From IMG/VR virus record IMGVR_UViG_3300005739_000025: a stretch of 64,000 nucleotides of DNA. One strand, written 5' to 3'. The DNA comes from a virus (lineage: Duplodnaviria > Caudoviricetes). Every line of letters starts with the position of its first letter. Position 1 is the stretch's first letter. The position numbers were made by a program, and so were the translations under genes. The notes beneath the pieces were generated by a model. It saw nothing but the letters and a program-made list of their open reading frames with translations. It was not told the DNA's origin and did no database searches. Shown here one piece after another: positions 9,825 through 18,775 of this stretch.

Positions 9825-11624
9825 GTGGCAGAATACGGAAACGCAGCAACAGGTAGAGAATCTACATTTGGTAAATCGTTAATGAATTACATTAACTCTT
9901 ATTTACCATATGGTTCATACAATACTTTAGAAACAATTGATAAGTTAAATCCTAAATTTACTGAATTTCAAGACACAGGTTCTAGACGTACAGAAGCTCT
10001 CGCTAAACAATCAATTTCTTCTTCCACACAATTTAATAATGAATCTCCTGCTGCCTATTTTAATATAGATACCAATTTCTCACAATATATGTATGCCAAT
10101 ATTCAGGCAGACAAAATTGCTAGATTGAGAGATTATAGAGTGATGGGAGCTTTCTCAGAGGTTTCAAACGCGTTAGATGAAATATGTGATGAATGTGTTA
10201 ATAAAAATGATAACGGTCAAATTATAAAGGTAGCGTTTAGAGAAGATGATTTTTCATCAGAAATTAAAACAGCAGTAGAAGAAGAGTTTCAAAATTATAT
10301 TAGATATTTTGAATTAGAAGAAAAAGGCTGGGAGTATTTCCGTAGTGTGCTGACAGATGGTGAGGTTTATTTTGAACACATAATACATAAAGATTATACA
10401 AAAGAGGGTATTTTAGGTGTTGTTATCATACCTACTGAGCTTGTAGATCCCATTTACGGTAACGTACAAAATATGATTGTAAAGGGTTATCTTTTAAGAA
10501 AGCCTGTATTTGATCCTAAGAACCCACAAAAGATTTTAGATTATCAATTAATACCCTTAGATAAAAACCAAGTTACTTACATTAACTCTGGGGTTTGGAA
10601 TGAAAATAGAACAATGCGCATTCCATTTATCGAAAATTGTAGAAGAGCTTATAGACAATTAAGCTTAATTGAAGATTCTGTAGTTATCTATAGATTAGCT
10701 CGCGCCCCTGAAAGATTAGTATTCAACGTTGATGTAGGAACAATGTCCCCACCTAAGGCTGAAGCTTATTTAAAACGTTTAATGACCCAGTACTGGCAGA
10801 AACGTACTTTTGATTCTTCACAAGGTGGTCAAGTAACTAAATTCAACCCTCAAAGCTATCTTGACAATTATTGGTTTGCAAGAAGACAAGGGTCAGAAGG
10901 AACATCAGTAACAAATTTACCTGGCGCTCAAAACCTAGGTGAATTACAGGATTTAAAATATTTTCAAGAGAAGTTATATGAGGCACTTAAAGTGCCCAAG
11001 AATAGACTAAACAAAGAAAGTGCTTATAACGATTCTATTAATATGCTCAGAGAAGAGCTAATGTTTGCAAAGTTTATTGTTAGAGTTCAACAAAAATTTG
11101 CTGCCGGTCTTAAAAATGGCTTTATTACACACTTAAAATTAAAAGAAGTTTGGGAAAAGTATGATCTCAAAGAATCAGCATTTAATTTAGAGTTTACACC
11201 TCCTACCAATTTCTATGAATTAAGAGAGTTTCAAAAATTAGAGATTAAAGCAAACGCTTTTAACACAATGGTTCAAAATGAGTCTATTTCTAAAACATAT
11301 GCTCAAAGAAAATATTTAAAATGGTCAGATAAAGAAGTAGTTCTTAATAGGGAGTTTTTAAGAAAAGATAAAGAATTCGAATGGGAGCTAGCACAAATTA
11401 CGGCTGGTGGTCCCAACTGGAAGCTACAACAAGCACAAGGCGCTGCACCCGCAGAAGGTCAACCAATGGCCGCTGGCGCTCCAACAGGTATGCCCGGTGA
11501 AGGAGAAGTACCACCACCGACCGAGGGTGGGGAGGTTCCACCTGAGTTCGGACCTGCACCAGCTGCTCCTGCTCCAGAAGGAGGTGCAGAGCCTACTACT
11601 ACAGCTCCTACACCTACAACATAA
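9825..11624 (+). CDS. gp20: Portal vertex protein (T4 gp20-like), with a Pro/Gly/Ala-rich C-terminal tail
   Basis: YRLARAPERLVFNVDVGTMSPPKAEAYL, YWFARRQGSEGTSVTNLPG, LYEALKVP, REELMFAKFI; GTG start. Confidence 0.95.
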   Translation: MAEYGNAATGRESTFGKSLMNYINSYLPYGSYNTLETIDKLNPKFTEFQDTGSRRTEALAKQSISSSTQFNNESPAAYFNIDTNFSQYMYANIQADKIARLRDYRVMGAFSEVSNALDEICDECVNKNDNGQIIKVAFREDDFSSEIKTAVEEEFQNYIRYFELEEKGWEYFRSVLTDGEVYFEHIIHKDYTKEGILGVVIIPTELVDPIYGNVQNMIVKGYLLRKPVFDPKNPQKILDYQLIPLDKNQVTYINSGVWNENRTMRIPFIENCRRAYRQLSLIEDSVVIYRLARAPERLVFNVDVGTMSPPKAEAYLKRLMTQYWQKRTFDSSQGGQVTKFNPQSYLDNYWFARRQGSEGTSVTNLPGAQNLGELQDLKYFQEKLYEALKVPKNRLNKESAYNDSINMLREELMFAKFIVRVQQKFAAGLKNGFITHLKLKEVWEKYDLKESAFNLEFTPPTNFYELREFQKLEIKANAFNTMVQNESISKTYAQRKYLKWSDKEVVLNREFLRKDKEFEWELAQITAGGPNWKLQQAQGAAPAEGQPMAAGAPTGMPGEGEVPPPTEGGEVPPEFGPAPAAPAPEGGAEPTTTAPTPTT

Positions 11625-11663
11625 TTACTTGTAATTTAATAAATATATTTTACACTTGCTTTA

Positions 11664-11861
11664 ATGAATAAGTACGAAATAACCATTGAGGATATATACG
11701 ATTCCAAAAAGGCTAAAAAAATAGCTTTAGAAGGTATAAATGTATATATGGTACATAAACAAGGTCTTAAGCATACAAATGCTTTAAGAGAAGAAATTAG
11801 TAAAATTACACTAAATGGTAGAGTTGTTTATACGTTCAAAAGCGGATTTTCCGAAGAATGA
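11664..11861 (+). CDS. Hypothetical protein
   Basis: 65-aa ORF coupled to the next gene. Confidence 0.5.
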   Translation: MNKYEITIEDIYDSKKAKKIALEGINVYMVHKQGLKHTNALREEISKITLNGRVVYTFKSGFSEE

Positions 11862-12112
11862 CTAGCTTAGAAATAGAAGTTAAGGATAAGACTAAATCCG
11901 GAGCCGTGCACTTACAGGTTAAAAGCTCAGGAGATGATTTAGGTATATTATACCTTTCAGAAGATCAATATAACGAATTTGTAAAGATATTAAGAGCCGG
12001 ATGTTTTAATAAAGAAGTTGACTTATCAGTTGTTGATCCTTATAATATAGAGGAAGAATACGAGGACGAAGATGGAAAAGACAATCTTCATTCATTCTTC
12101 TCTATAGACTAA
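11858..12112 (+). CDS. Hypothetical protein
   Basis: 84-aa ORF with ATGA/TAATG overlaps. Confidence 0.55.
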   Translation: MTSLEIEVKDKTKSGAVHLQVKSSGDDLGILYLSEDQYNEFVKILRAGCFNKEVDLSVVDPYNIEEEYEDEDGKDNLHSFFSID

Positions 12113-12813
12113 TGGTAATTTTAGATCCAATAAATCATGTATATTTAGACGCTGATAACAATCAATACGAAAGCGTTACTAGATTTATTAATAAGTTTGT
12201 TCCTCAGTTTGACTTCGAGAATAAAAGTAAGAAGTACGCAGCAAAATATGGTCTAGATGTGGAGGAAGTACGAGAATCCTGGAAACAAAAGAATAAGCAA
12301 AGCACAGATTTTGGAACTCTTATACACGAACAAATAGAAAATAGACTTCTCAAGAAAGAATTCGATTATGAAAGAATTATTGAAGATGTAGCTTTTGAAA
12401 TAGAAGAAAGTTTTGACGGTGAATATCTATTAGAACATACTTTATGGGATACAAAAAATAAAATAGCAGGTACATCAGATTTAATAGTAGATAAAGAAAA
12501 TACATTTAGTATTGTAGATTTTAAAACTAACAAACAGATAAAGTACACAAATGATTTTGAAGATAAGTTTCTTCTTAAACCTGTAGATCATCTACCTAAT
12601 AGTGAGTACTTTAAATATGCCTTACAGCTATCTTTTTACGCTTATTTGTATAATCTTAAAACAAACAAACAATTAGATAGATTATGTTTTTACTGGCTTA
12701 AAAGAAAAAATAATAGTTACGAGAATATGGATAAAGCTAGTTGGATTAGACATAACGTACCATATCTTAAAGAAGAAGTGGGGAAGCTTCTAGAATATGG
12801 AAAAAAGAATTAG
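12112..12813 (+). CDS. PD-(D/E)XK exonuclease (Cas4/lambda-exo-like)
   Basis: SVT, GTLIHE, E..L, IAGTSDL, IVDFKT, QLSFY motifs. Confidence 0.85.
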   Translation: MVILDPINHVYLDADNNQYESVTRFINKFVPQFDFENKSKKYAAKYGLDVEEVRESWKQKNKQSTDFGTLIHEQIENRLLKKEFDYERIIEDVAFEIEESFDGEYLLEHTLWDTKNKIAGTSDLIVDKENTFSIVDFKTNKQIKYTNDFEDKFLLKPVDHLPNSEYFKYALQLSFYAYLYNLKTNKQLDRLCFYWLKRKNNSYENMDKASWIRHNVPYLKEEVGKLLEYGKKN

Positions 12814-13213
12814 TTGGGAAGAATACGCTTTAAGATTAGCTCAAACAGCAGCGCTTAGAAGCGAAGACCCTTATAAGAAAGTCGGGGCATGCGCTCTTTC
12901 TTATGATAACAGGGTTTTGGGTGTTTCGTATAATGGTTTAAAGTCAGGTAAAAAAGTCAAAAAAGACTTTTGGTATAATAGAGAAGAGAGAAGACATTAT
13001 ATGATTCACGCTGAGGCCAATCTTCTTTCACTTTTTAAAAGAAATGAATGTAAAATATTAGCGTGCAATTTATTGCCTTGTGAAAATTGCGCTAAACTTA
13101 TAGCCGCGTGGAATATACCTACTGTAGTTTACAATGAAGAATATAATTTAGCCCCAAAAACCAAAGATATACTTAAATTTTATAATATAAAGATAGTCAA
13201 ATTAACAGTTTAA
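12797..13213 (+). CDS. dCMP deaminase
   Basis: RSED..KVGAC, YNG, HAEAN, PCENC. Confidence 0.9.
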   Translation: MEKRISWEEYALRLAQTAALRSEDPYKKVGACALSYDNRVLGVSYNGLKSGKKVKKDFWYNREERRHYMIHAEANLLSLFKRNECKILACNLLPCENCAKLIAAWNIPTVVYNEEYNLAPKTKDILKFYNIKIVKLTV

Positions 13214-13242
13214 AAAGCCATTTTATAAATAACTAATAATAA

Positions 13243-14418
13243 ATGGCTGCAACAATTTCTATTAATTTTGCTAATGAGCAAGATGTATATGATGAAAGTC
13301 AAGAGACTTTAACGTTAAGAACAAAGAAGAGTGTTAGTGCTAAACTTCTTCAAGACGTTCTAGGTGGTGGTGTAGTTAGTGGTGGTTACGTTCAAAGAAC
13401 GGGTAGTTCGATGACAGGTTTTTTGACACTCACAAGTCTTCCTCCAACCGATCCTTATCACGCCGCTCCAAAAAGTTATGTTGATTCTAGGGCTTACGCG
13501 AGGAGATATTTTTATGAATGTAAAATTCCTGTAACAGGAAGCGGAATAGTTGCACCAAATTCAACAGTACTATCAGGAAGAGATATAAACGACAATCATT
13601 TATATTTCTTTGAAAAGGGTGATACAATGTCTCTTGCGAATATCTCTAGATATATGGATGTTTACAGGGACGGCATCTTACAATCATTTGGTTCTGACTA
13701 TTCTATTATTAACACTTTTGGTAATACTGTATTTTCTGGAATAACAGCAATTAGATTTAATGAACCGTTTGAAAACGGCACAACATTTCAAGTAACAATA
13801 GGAAATGTTGGCGCATTTCCTGCAACCTTTGGAGTACAAGGCTTAAGTGCTGGTAATGGTTTAAATGCTATACCCTACGGAGGCTATACCGCTACTGGCG
13901 CTGTATCAGGTAATGTTAATGTGTACATAGAACCTAGTGAAATTATAGCATCCTCAGAGACAGTAAGGCTGTCATCAGAAATAAATCAATTTTTAACACC
14001 CAGATATCTCTCTGCATATCCCTTAATTCCTAGAGCGTTTGGCCTATTTAGAAAATTAATGGACCCAGAGTGGAATGATATTGAAGGTGGCACAGAAAAA
14101 ACAGCCACTCAACCATATGGTAGTAGTGATGGGTTGTTCATACCAATTGATACAAAGAAAGTAGTTTCAATTCAGAGCGATCCTAATGGTGAATCTGCAC
14201 CTATTAGATTTAGAGTCGTATTAGAAAATGGAATGATGACAGATACAAACTACAACGCTGTAGTTAGTATAAACTCAAGAAATTTTAATACAGAAGAAGT
14301 TGTTTTTGCTACAGTCAATTCTAATACCAAAGAATTAACATCATTTGATTTTTTTGTATATGACGCACTAGGCTCAGCTCCTATTGACGTTTACGAAATA
14401 AGTACTATGGTATACTAA
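13243..14418 (+). CDS. Virion/tail-associated protein
   Basis: GSSMTGFLTL...HAAPKSYVD tail-fibre-type motif; TATAAATA upstream. Confidence 0.6.
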   Translation: MAATISINFANEQDVYDESQETLTLRTKKSVSAKLLQDVLGGGVVSGGYVQRTGSSMTGFLTLTSLPPTDPYHAAPKSYVDSRAYARRYFYECKIPVTGSGIVAPNSTVLSGRDINDNHLYFFEKGDTMSLANISRYMDVYRDGILQSFGSDYSIINTFGNTVFSGITAIRFNEPFENGTTFQVTIGNVGAFPATFGVQGLSAGNGLNAIPYGGYTATGAVSGNVNVYIEPSEIIASSETVRLSSEINQFLTPRYLSAYPLIPRAFGLFRKLMDPEWNDIEGGTEKTATQPYGSSDGLFIPIDTKKVVSIQSDPNGESAPIRFRVVLENGMMTDTNYNAVVSINSRNFNTEEVVFATVNSNTKELTSFDFFVYDALGSAPIDVYEISTMVY

Positions 14419-14419
14419 T

Positions 14420-14911
14420 ATGGGTAATAATATTGCATCAACATTTGTACAAAGATTAAGACGAAGCGGCCTAGGCACCACCCTAGTATCCCAGACATCA
14501 ACCACACCACCTTTATTTTTAGATCCCATTGATATTCCAGGTGTTGTAAGAGCTTATGTAGTTTTTGATGGATATACATTGCCTAATAGAATTTGTAATA
14601 TCATAAAAAAATCTACTAACGTTAATGGAGTAACAGCACAATCCTTAAGAGGGGATTATTTAATAGAATTTTTACCAGGTACATTTTCTGATAGAGATTA
14701 TTTTGTTTCAGGTAATGTATATGCAGATTCTACAGACCCAATAAGCGCTGCAAATACATTTTTTGTTAAAGGATCTGGCTATAGCATGTCAGGCTTTGTT
14801 ACAACAGGTCAACAACAAACAGAAACATTTTTACGTATTCAAACATTAAATCAAACAAACACAGCATTACCTGCTTATGCGAGAAGAGTATCTCTATTAT
14901 TTTATAAATAA
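14420..14911 (+). CDS. Tail-associated protein
   Basis: RAYVVFDG...GDYLIEF beta-sandwich pattern seen in fibre C-terminal domains. Confidence 0.5.
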   Translation: MGNNIASTFVQRLRRSGLGTTLVSQTSTTPPLFLDPIDIPGVVRAYVVFDGYTLPNRICNIIKKSTNVNGVTAQSLRGDYLIEFLPGTFSDRDYFVSGNVYADSTDPISAANTFFVKGSGYSMSGFVTTGQQQTETFLRIQTLNQTNTALPAYARRVSLLFYK

Positions 14912-14919
14912 ATAAATAT

Positions 14920-16224
14920 ATGCCTGTAGTAGCACAAATAAATGTAAATTTTGCATCGTTACCCCAAACGGTTGCCTCTCCAGCAGCTCTACCAACTAAT
15001 ATTAGAGCAGTAAGCCCCCTAACTTTATCTCAATATCTTTTATACAATAGAGATAAACAAGATAATGATGCCCATCTTAGAGATCCCGTGTATATAAATT
15101 ATCAAGGAGGATTTTTAACTGCAGGTGATAAAGTAAACGTAAAGCACGATGGAAACCTACAACTAAGACAAAATCTAGACGTAGAAAAAAGTTTATTTGT
15201 AGATTCTATTTTTAGTAGAAGAAAAGGCGCCACAAACACTACATATCAATCTGATAGATCCGGGGACAGATCTTTAACTTTAGCACCTAACACAGGCGAT
15301 GTTAGTATAACAAATCAATTAAATTTTATAAGATTAAACTCTACAGGAACCTCAAGAAGTATAACTCTTTCTATAAATTTTGGAGCCGCAGCAGATAAAG
15401 AGAATAGTATAACATTAAACAACGATAATAATACTACAAAAACAATGAACCTAAAAACAGGGTTCTTTGAATTAAGGGCAGATGATATTAAAAACTTTGG
15501 TCCTATTTACAATAGCTCAACAGTAGAAATAGAAGGGCAAACTACAATCACTGATAATATTAGAATTACAGGAAATTTATCTTTAGGAGCAGCTTATAGT
15601 AATTTTATAGTAAATGCAGCAACAGGTAATGTTACTCAAACAGGAAGTTTGACCATTAATGTTAATAAATTTACAGTTAATGCAGCAAACGGAAATACAG
15701 TCATTGATGGAACTTTATTAGTGAATGGCGCTACCGTAACAATAAAAGGCGCCACAACCGTAAGCAACTCTATTACATTTGATACCGGGGGGTCAACAGC
15801 TGATTCAAGAATGATTACCGGGTTAAGAAGAGTCGTAGACTTTTCAGATATTACAAGTGTAGGAAGAACCACAAACGCAATGACTATAGGCGATTTTGTA
15901 GATAGGTTTTACCATATACCTAAAAATGAAAATTCTTCTTATACAGTTACTAATTCAGATAGTCAAACTACAATATTATGTAATAATACTAGTAATATTA
16001 ATATATCTCTTCCCGCTGGTCTAAGAGTAGGAACCCAAGTTTCTTTTATTAGACAAAATACAGGTAAAGTGACTTTTGTAGGTGCGGGGACAACTATAAA
16101 ATCCGCTCCCACGGATAGTTTCAGTAGCCTGGCTTTTACAAGTTCTGTAGGAACTTGTTTTTTTGCAGGTATAGTTAACGGACAACCAACTTGGTATTTG
16201 TTTGGCGATTTACTACCACCTTAA
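14920..16224 (+). CDS. Tail fibre protein
   Basis: Thr/Asn/Gly-rich beta repeats; C-terminal SYTVTNSD...LPAGLRVGTQVSFIRQ domain. Confidence 0.6.
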   Translation: MPVVAQINVNFASLPQTVASPAALPTNIRAVSPLTLSQYLLYNRDKQDNDAHLRDPVYINYQGGFLTAGDKVNVKHDGNLQLRQNLDVEKSLFVDSIFSRRKGATNTTYQSDRSGDRSLTLAPNTGDVSITNQLNFIRLNSTGTSRSITLSINFGAAADKENSITLNNDNNTTKTMNLKTGFFELRADDIKNFGPIYNSSTVEIEGQTTITDNIRITGNLSLGAAYSNFIVNAATGNVTQTGSLTINVNKFTVNAANGNTVIDGTLLVNGATVTIKGATTVSNSITFDTGGSTADSRMITGLRRVVDFSDITSVGRTTNAMTIGDFVDRFYHIPKNENSSYTVTNSDSQTTILCNNTSNINISLPAGLRVGTQVSFIRQNTGKVTFVGAGTTIKSAPTDSFSSLAFTSSVGTCFFAGIVNGQPTWYLFGDLLPP

Positions 16225-16235
16225 TAATTATATAT

Positions 16236-17414
16236 ATGGCTACAGCAGTTAGACCCCCAGGTTATTATACATCCTGGTTACATGTTGTCACAGAGATAAA
16301 AGATACCAATTTAGACAAATACAAAAACGGTATCAATCTTTATAATTGGATAGGCGATTGGACACAAGCCAATTATGGCCATAGGTGGACTAACGCTAGT
16401 AAAAAGTTAAATGCAATTTTAACTATAAATTCTGGATCAATAGTTTACGCTCCCAGTTTTGATACACCAATTAGTTCAACATCTACAGGTTTCACAAATT
16501 CACCCACCCCGGCGTCCAGAATTCCAGCTATATTAATTCCTGATGACTTTAGGGATTTTGATAGAATTACTATTATTAATAATGGTATTATTATAGGACA
16601 ATACGGGGTTAGAAGTTATAGTGGTTCCGGTAGCTTTACACCCCCACAAATTAATTCAAGCAGCACTGTTATTGTTACAGATTTTATATCCCCCGCTACT
16701 CTTTCCGTAGCTGGCGGTGGTGGACGCGGTGGTGAAAACGCAGGTTCAGGCTCTGGAGGTGGAGGAGGTGGAGGAGGCGCCGGCGGACTAAGTACTAAAA
16801 CTGTTACAGTTGCCCCAGGGGTTCCTGTAGTAGCAAGTATAGGTGGGGAAGGGCAAGGATCATCATATTCTCAAAGTGGAAAAGTATTAGTTTCTGCTGG
16901 AGGGGGTGGTGCTGGTGGGAATGGCTTTGGAGGTAACAGAGGTAGATACTGTGGAGGTTTTAATATAGCAGGAATATGTTTTAATTGGTTTAATACTTGG
17001 GCTGACGGCGAAGGTGGCGAAGGCGGAAGAGGGGGTAGCCCTGGGGGACGAGACGGACAAAAAGGAGGGAGCGGGGGATATAGGTATGATAGATCGGGCA
17101 TGCAAAGAAATAGTGGGGGAGGATCCGGTGGCCAAGGAACGGGGGGTAATGGGGGTAAGGGAGCTGATGAACCTAAAGGAAATGCTGGGTCTGGATCCAG
17201 AGGTTGGGCCGACTGGTCGTACAATAGAAGAGAACTTTACGGACCAGCAATAGTTAATTTTCACGATAATGTAAGAATTATTAATAATTCTGTAATAGCA
17301 GGTGGATACGCACAGAGACCGGTATATGCTGTTTACGGAACAGGTCTAATGGAAGCGCCTCCTACTGGAATTATAATAGGAGGCTCATTCTCGGGACCCC
17401 CTCCTAATACTTGA
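16236..17414 (+). CDS. Glycine-rich tail/receptor-binding protein
   Basis: Start reassigned to ATG 16236; long GGGGGG/GGxGG tracts. Confidence 0.6.
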   Translation: MATAVRPPGYYTSWLHVVTEIKDTNLDKYKNGINLYNWIGDWTQANYGHRWTNASKKLNAILTINSGSIVYAPSFDTPISSTSTGFTNSPTPASRIPAILIPDDFRDFDRITIINNGIIIGQYGVRSYSGSGSFTPPQINSSSTVIVTDFISPATLSVAGGGGRGGENAGSGSGGGGGGGGAGGLSTKTVTVAPGVPVVASIGGEGQGSSYSQSGKVLVSAGGGGAGGNGFGGNRGRYCGGFNIAGICFNWFNTWADGEGGEGGRGGSPGGRDGQKGGSGGYRYDRSGMQRNSGGGSGGQGTGGNGGKGADEPKGNAGSGSRGWADWSYNRRELYGPAIVNFHDNVRIINNSVIAGGYAQRPVYAVYGTGLMEAPPTGIIIGGSFSGPPPNT

Positions 17415-17445
17415 TATTTTTAAATTTTATATCAAAATATATTAT

Positions 17446-18009
17446 ATGAATTTAAATGTAGAAATGCCTAAAACATTTCCAAACGTATTAACATCAGAGC
17501 TGTTTAAAAGAGTTAAGGATGATGTGGAATCTAATGGATGGATTTTTAAAAATAGATCTTACGATGGGGATACAATTTTAAGCTGGACACAAAAAAGAAA
17601 TGATAGATCTATTATTTTAGAGGCAGGAAATTACATAAAAGGTGTTATAGAGAAGTATCTAGATGATAAATTTACTCTAATGCGAATACATTTTAACGGT
17701 CAAACCTACGGTCAAAACGGTAAAAGTCATCAAGATTATTATATTCCAGGCATAGTTACCTTCATACTTTATGTAAACGAAGACTGGGAGTATGAATGGG
17801 GAGGTGAAACATATGTAATAGATGATAAAAACAAATTAACTATAAATCCAGTAATTCCCAATTCAGGCATTCTCATTCCCGCTTTTTGGTATCATTGGGG
17901 AAACGCCCCTACAGTTACAAATAAATTAAGAATAACAATAGCCTTTTCGTATTGTTTAGAGGAAATATTTGACACAGTTAAAGAAAATCTAGAAATATTA
18001 ATAGATTAA
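17446..18009 (+). CDS. 2OG-Fe(II) oxygenase (prolyl-hydroxylase-like)
   Basis: HQD, W.YEWGGET, HWG..P, RITIAF. Confidence 0.85.
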   Translation: MNLNVEMPKTFPNVLTSELFKRVKDDVESNGWIFKNRSYDGDTILSWTQKRNDRSIILEAGNYIKGVIEKYLDDKFTLMRIHFNGQTYGQNGKSHQDYYIPGIVTFILYVNEDWEYEWGGETYVIDDKNKLTINPVIPNSGILIPAFWYHWGNAPTVTNKLRITIAFSYCLEEIFDTVKENLEILID

Positions 18010-18056
18010 ACTTGCAATATTCTAACATTCCTTTATAAATATATGTACATTCAAAA

Positions 18057-18131
18057 ATGAAACTACATACATCAATTATGGATTCAGGTCGACCAAGTCT
18101 CTTTGGGAAATGGACAACCTGTATCTTTTAA
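18057..18131 (+). CDS. Leader peptide 1, MKLHTSIMDSGRPSLFGKWTTCIF
   Basis: 24 codons; its stop abuts the antiterminator 5' strand; codons match the array-1 anticodons. Confidence 0.7.
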   Translation: MKLHTSIMDSGRPSLFGKWTTCIF

Positions 18132-18159
18132 GCGGGTATATAGTAGAACTTTTTGTACC

Positions 18160-18191
18160 CGCTACCTAATTAAATAGGTAGCGTTTTTTTT
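18160..18191 (+). terminator. Intrinsic terminator
   Basis: CGCTACCTA-attaaa-TAGGTAGCG followed by T8. Confidence 0.85.
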
Positions 18192-18290
18192 AATCAATAA
18201 AGGCTTTATAGGAGGTGAGCCTGAATCACTGAAACAGCCACCGTGAAACCGTGGGTTCGATAAACGAAGAGGTGTATCGTTCTTTTTTTT

Positions 18291-18361
18291 GCGGGTATAT
18301 CATAGTGGTAATGAGTCTGCTTGCCAAGCAGATTAGAGGAGTTCGATTCTCCTTACCCGCT
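18291..18361 (+). tRNA. trnG: tRNA-Gly(GCC)
   Basis: GCGGGTA/TACCCGC acceptor, TCTGC-TTGCCAA-GCAGA, TTCGA T-loop. Confidence 0.93.
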
Positions 18362-18417
18362 TTTTTACAGTCCCGGGGTAATCCCTCTTAACAATGGATC
18401 CCGGGTAAGATTTCAAT

Positions 18418-18488
18418 GCCTGGTTAGTTTAATGGTAAAACGGTTGATTTGTAATCATCTGACGTCAGTTCGATTCTGTCACTGGGCT
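18418..18488 (+). tRNA. trnT: tRNA-Thr(TGT)
   Basis: Cloverleaf with anticodon loop TTTGTAA. Confidence 0.88.
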
Positions 18489-18501
18489 CATTTTTTTTTA
18501 T

Positions 18502-18577
18502 TGCGGAGTCGACAAGGGGTTAAGTCAGAAGTCTCATAAGCTTCTATGCGCTGGTTCGAATCCAGCCTCCGCAACCA
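18502..18577 (+). tRNA. trnM: tRNA-Met(CAT), initiator-like body lacking the three G-C anticodon pairs
   Basis: TGCGGAG/CTCCGCA-ACCA, A11-U24, loop CTCATAA. Confidence 0.85.
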
Positions 18578-18582
18578 TTTTT

Positions 18583-18666
18583 ATGTCCGCTCACAAGTGG
18601 GATTGTAGACGGTCTCCAAAACCGTTGTCGTTTGACTAAGGGGTTCGATTCCTCACGGACATGCCA
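18583..18666 (+). tRNA. trnW: tRNA-Trp(CCA) with extended variable arm
   Basis: ATGTCCG/CGGACAT-G-CCA, ACGGT-CTCCAAA-ACCGT, ~13-nt variable region. Confidence 0.75.
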
Positions 18667-18670
18667 TTTC

Positions 18671-18741
18671 GCGGTGGTAGTATAATAGTAGTACAGGAGT
18701 CTTCCAAACTTCGGGCCTCGGAGCGTAACCGTGTCACCGCA
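18671..18741 (+). tRNA. trnG: tRNA-Gly(TCC), non-canonical T-loop
   Basis: GCGGTGG/TCACCGC, loop CTTCCAA, T-loop AGCGTAA. Confidence 0.8.
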
Positions 18742-18775
18742 TTTGATTTTACGTTATAATATACTATAATAAATT

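Larger units (their letters stand above)
18033..18191 (+). promoter_or_regulatory. Late promoter plus leader-peptide attenuator of tRNA array 1
   Basis: TATAAATA; mini-ORF MYIQK* (18043-18060); leader 18057-18131; antiterminator AGCGGGTA/TACCCGCT overlapping the terminator. Confidence 0.75.

Noticed and set aside
12112-12813. Cas4 as part of a CRISPR system
   Set aside because: No Fe-S cysteines and no cas genes or array; an ordinary phage PD-(D/E)XK exonuclease
16871-17264. Pro-rich or low-complexity ORFs in alternative frames (also 50874-51125)
   Set aside because: By-products of poly-Gly codons in glycine-rich genes
18132-18163. tRNA-Gly minihelix (same GCGGGTA/TACCCGC stem as tRNA-Gly)
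   Set aside because: Better explained as the antiterminator; the identity may reflect origin by duplication but does not support a separate RNA
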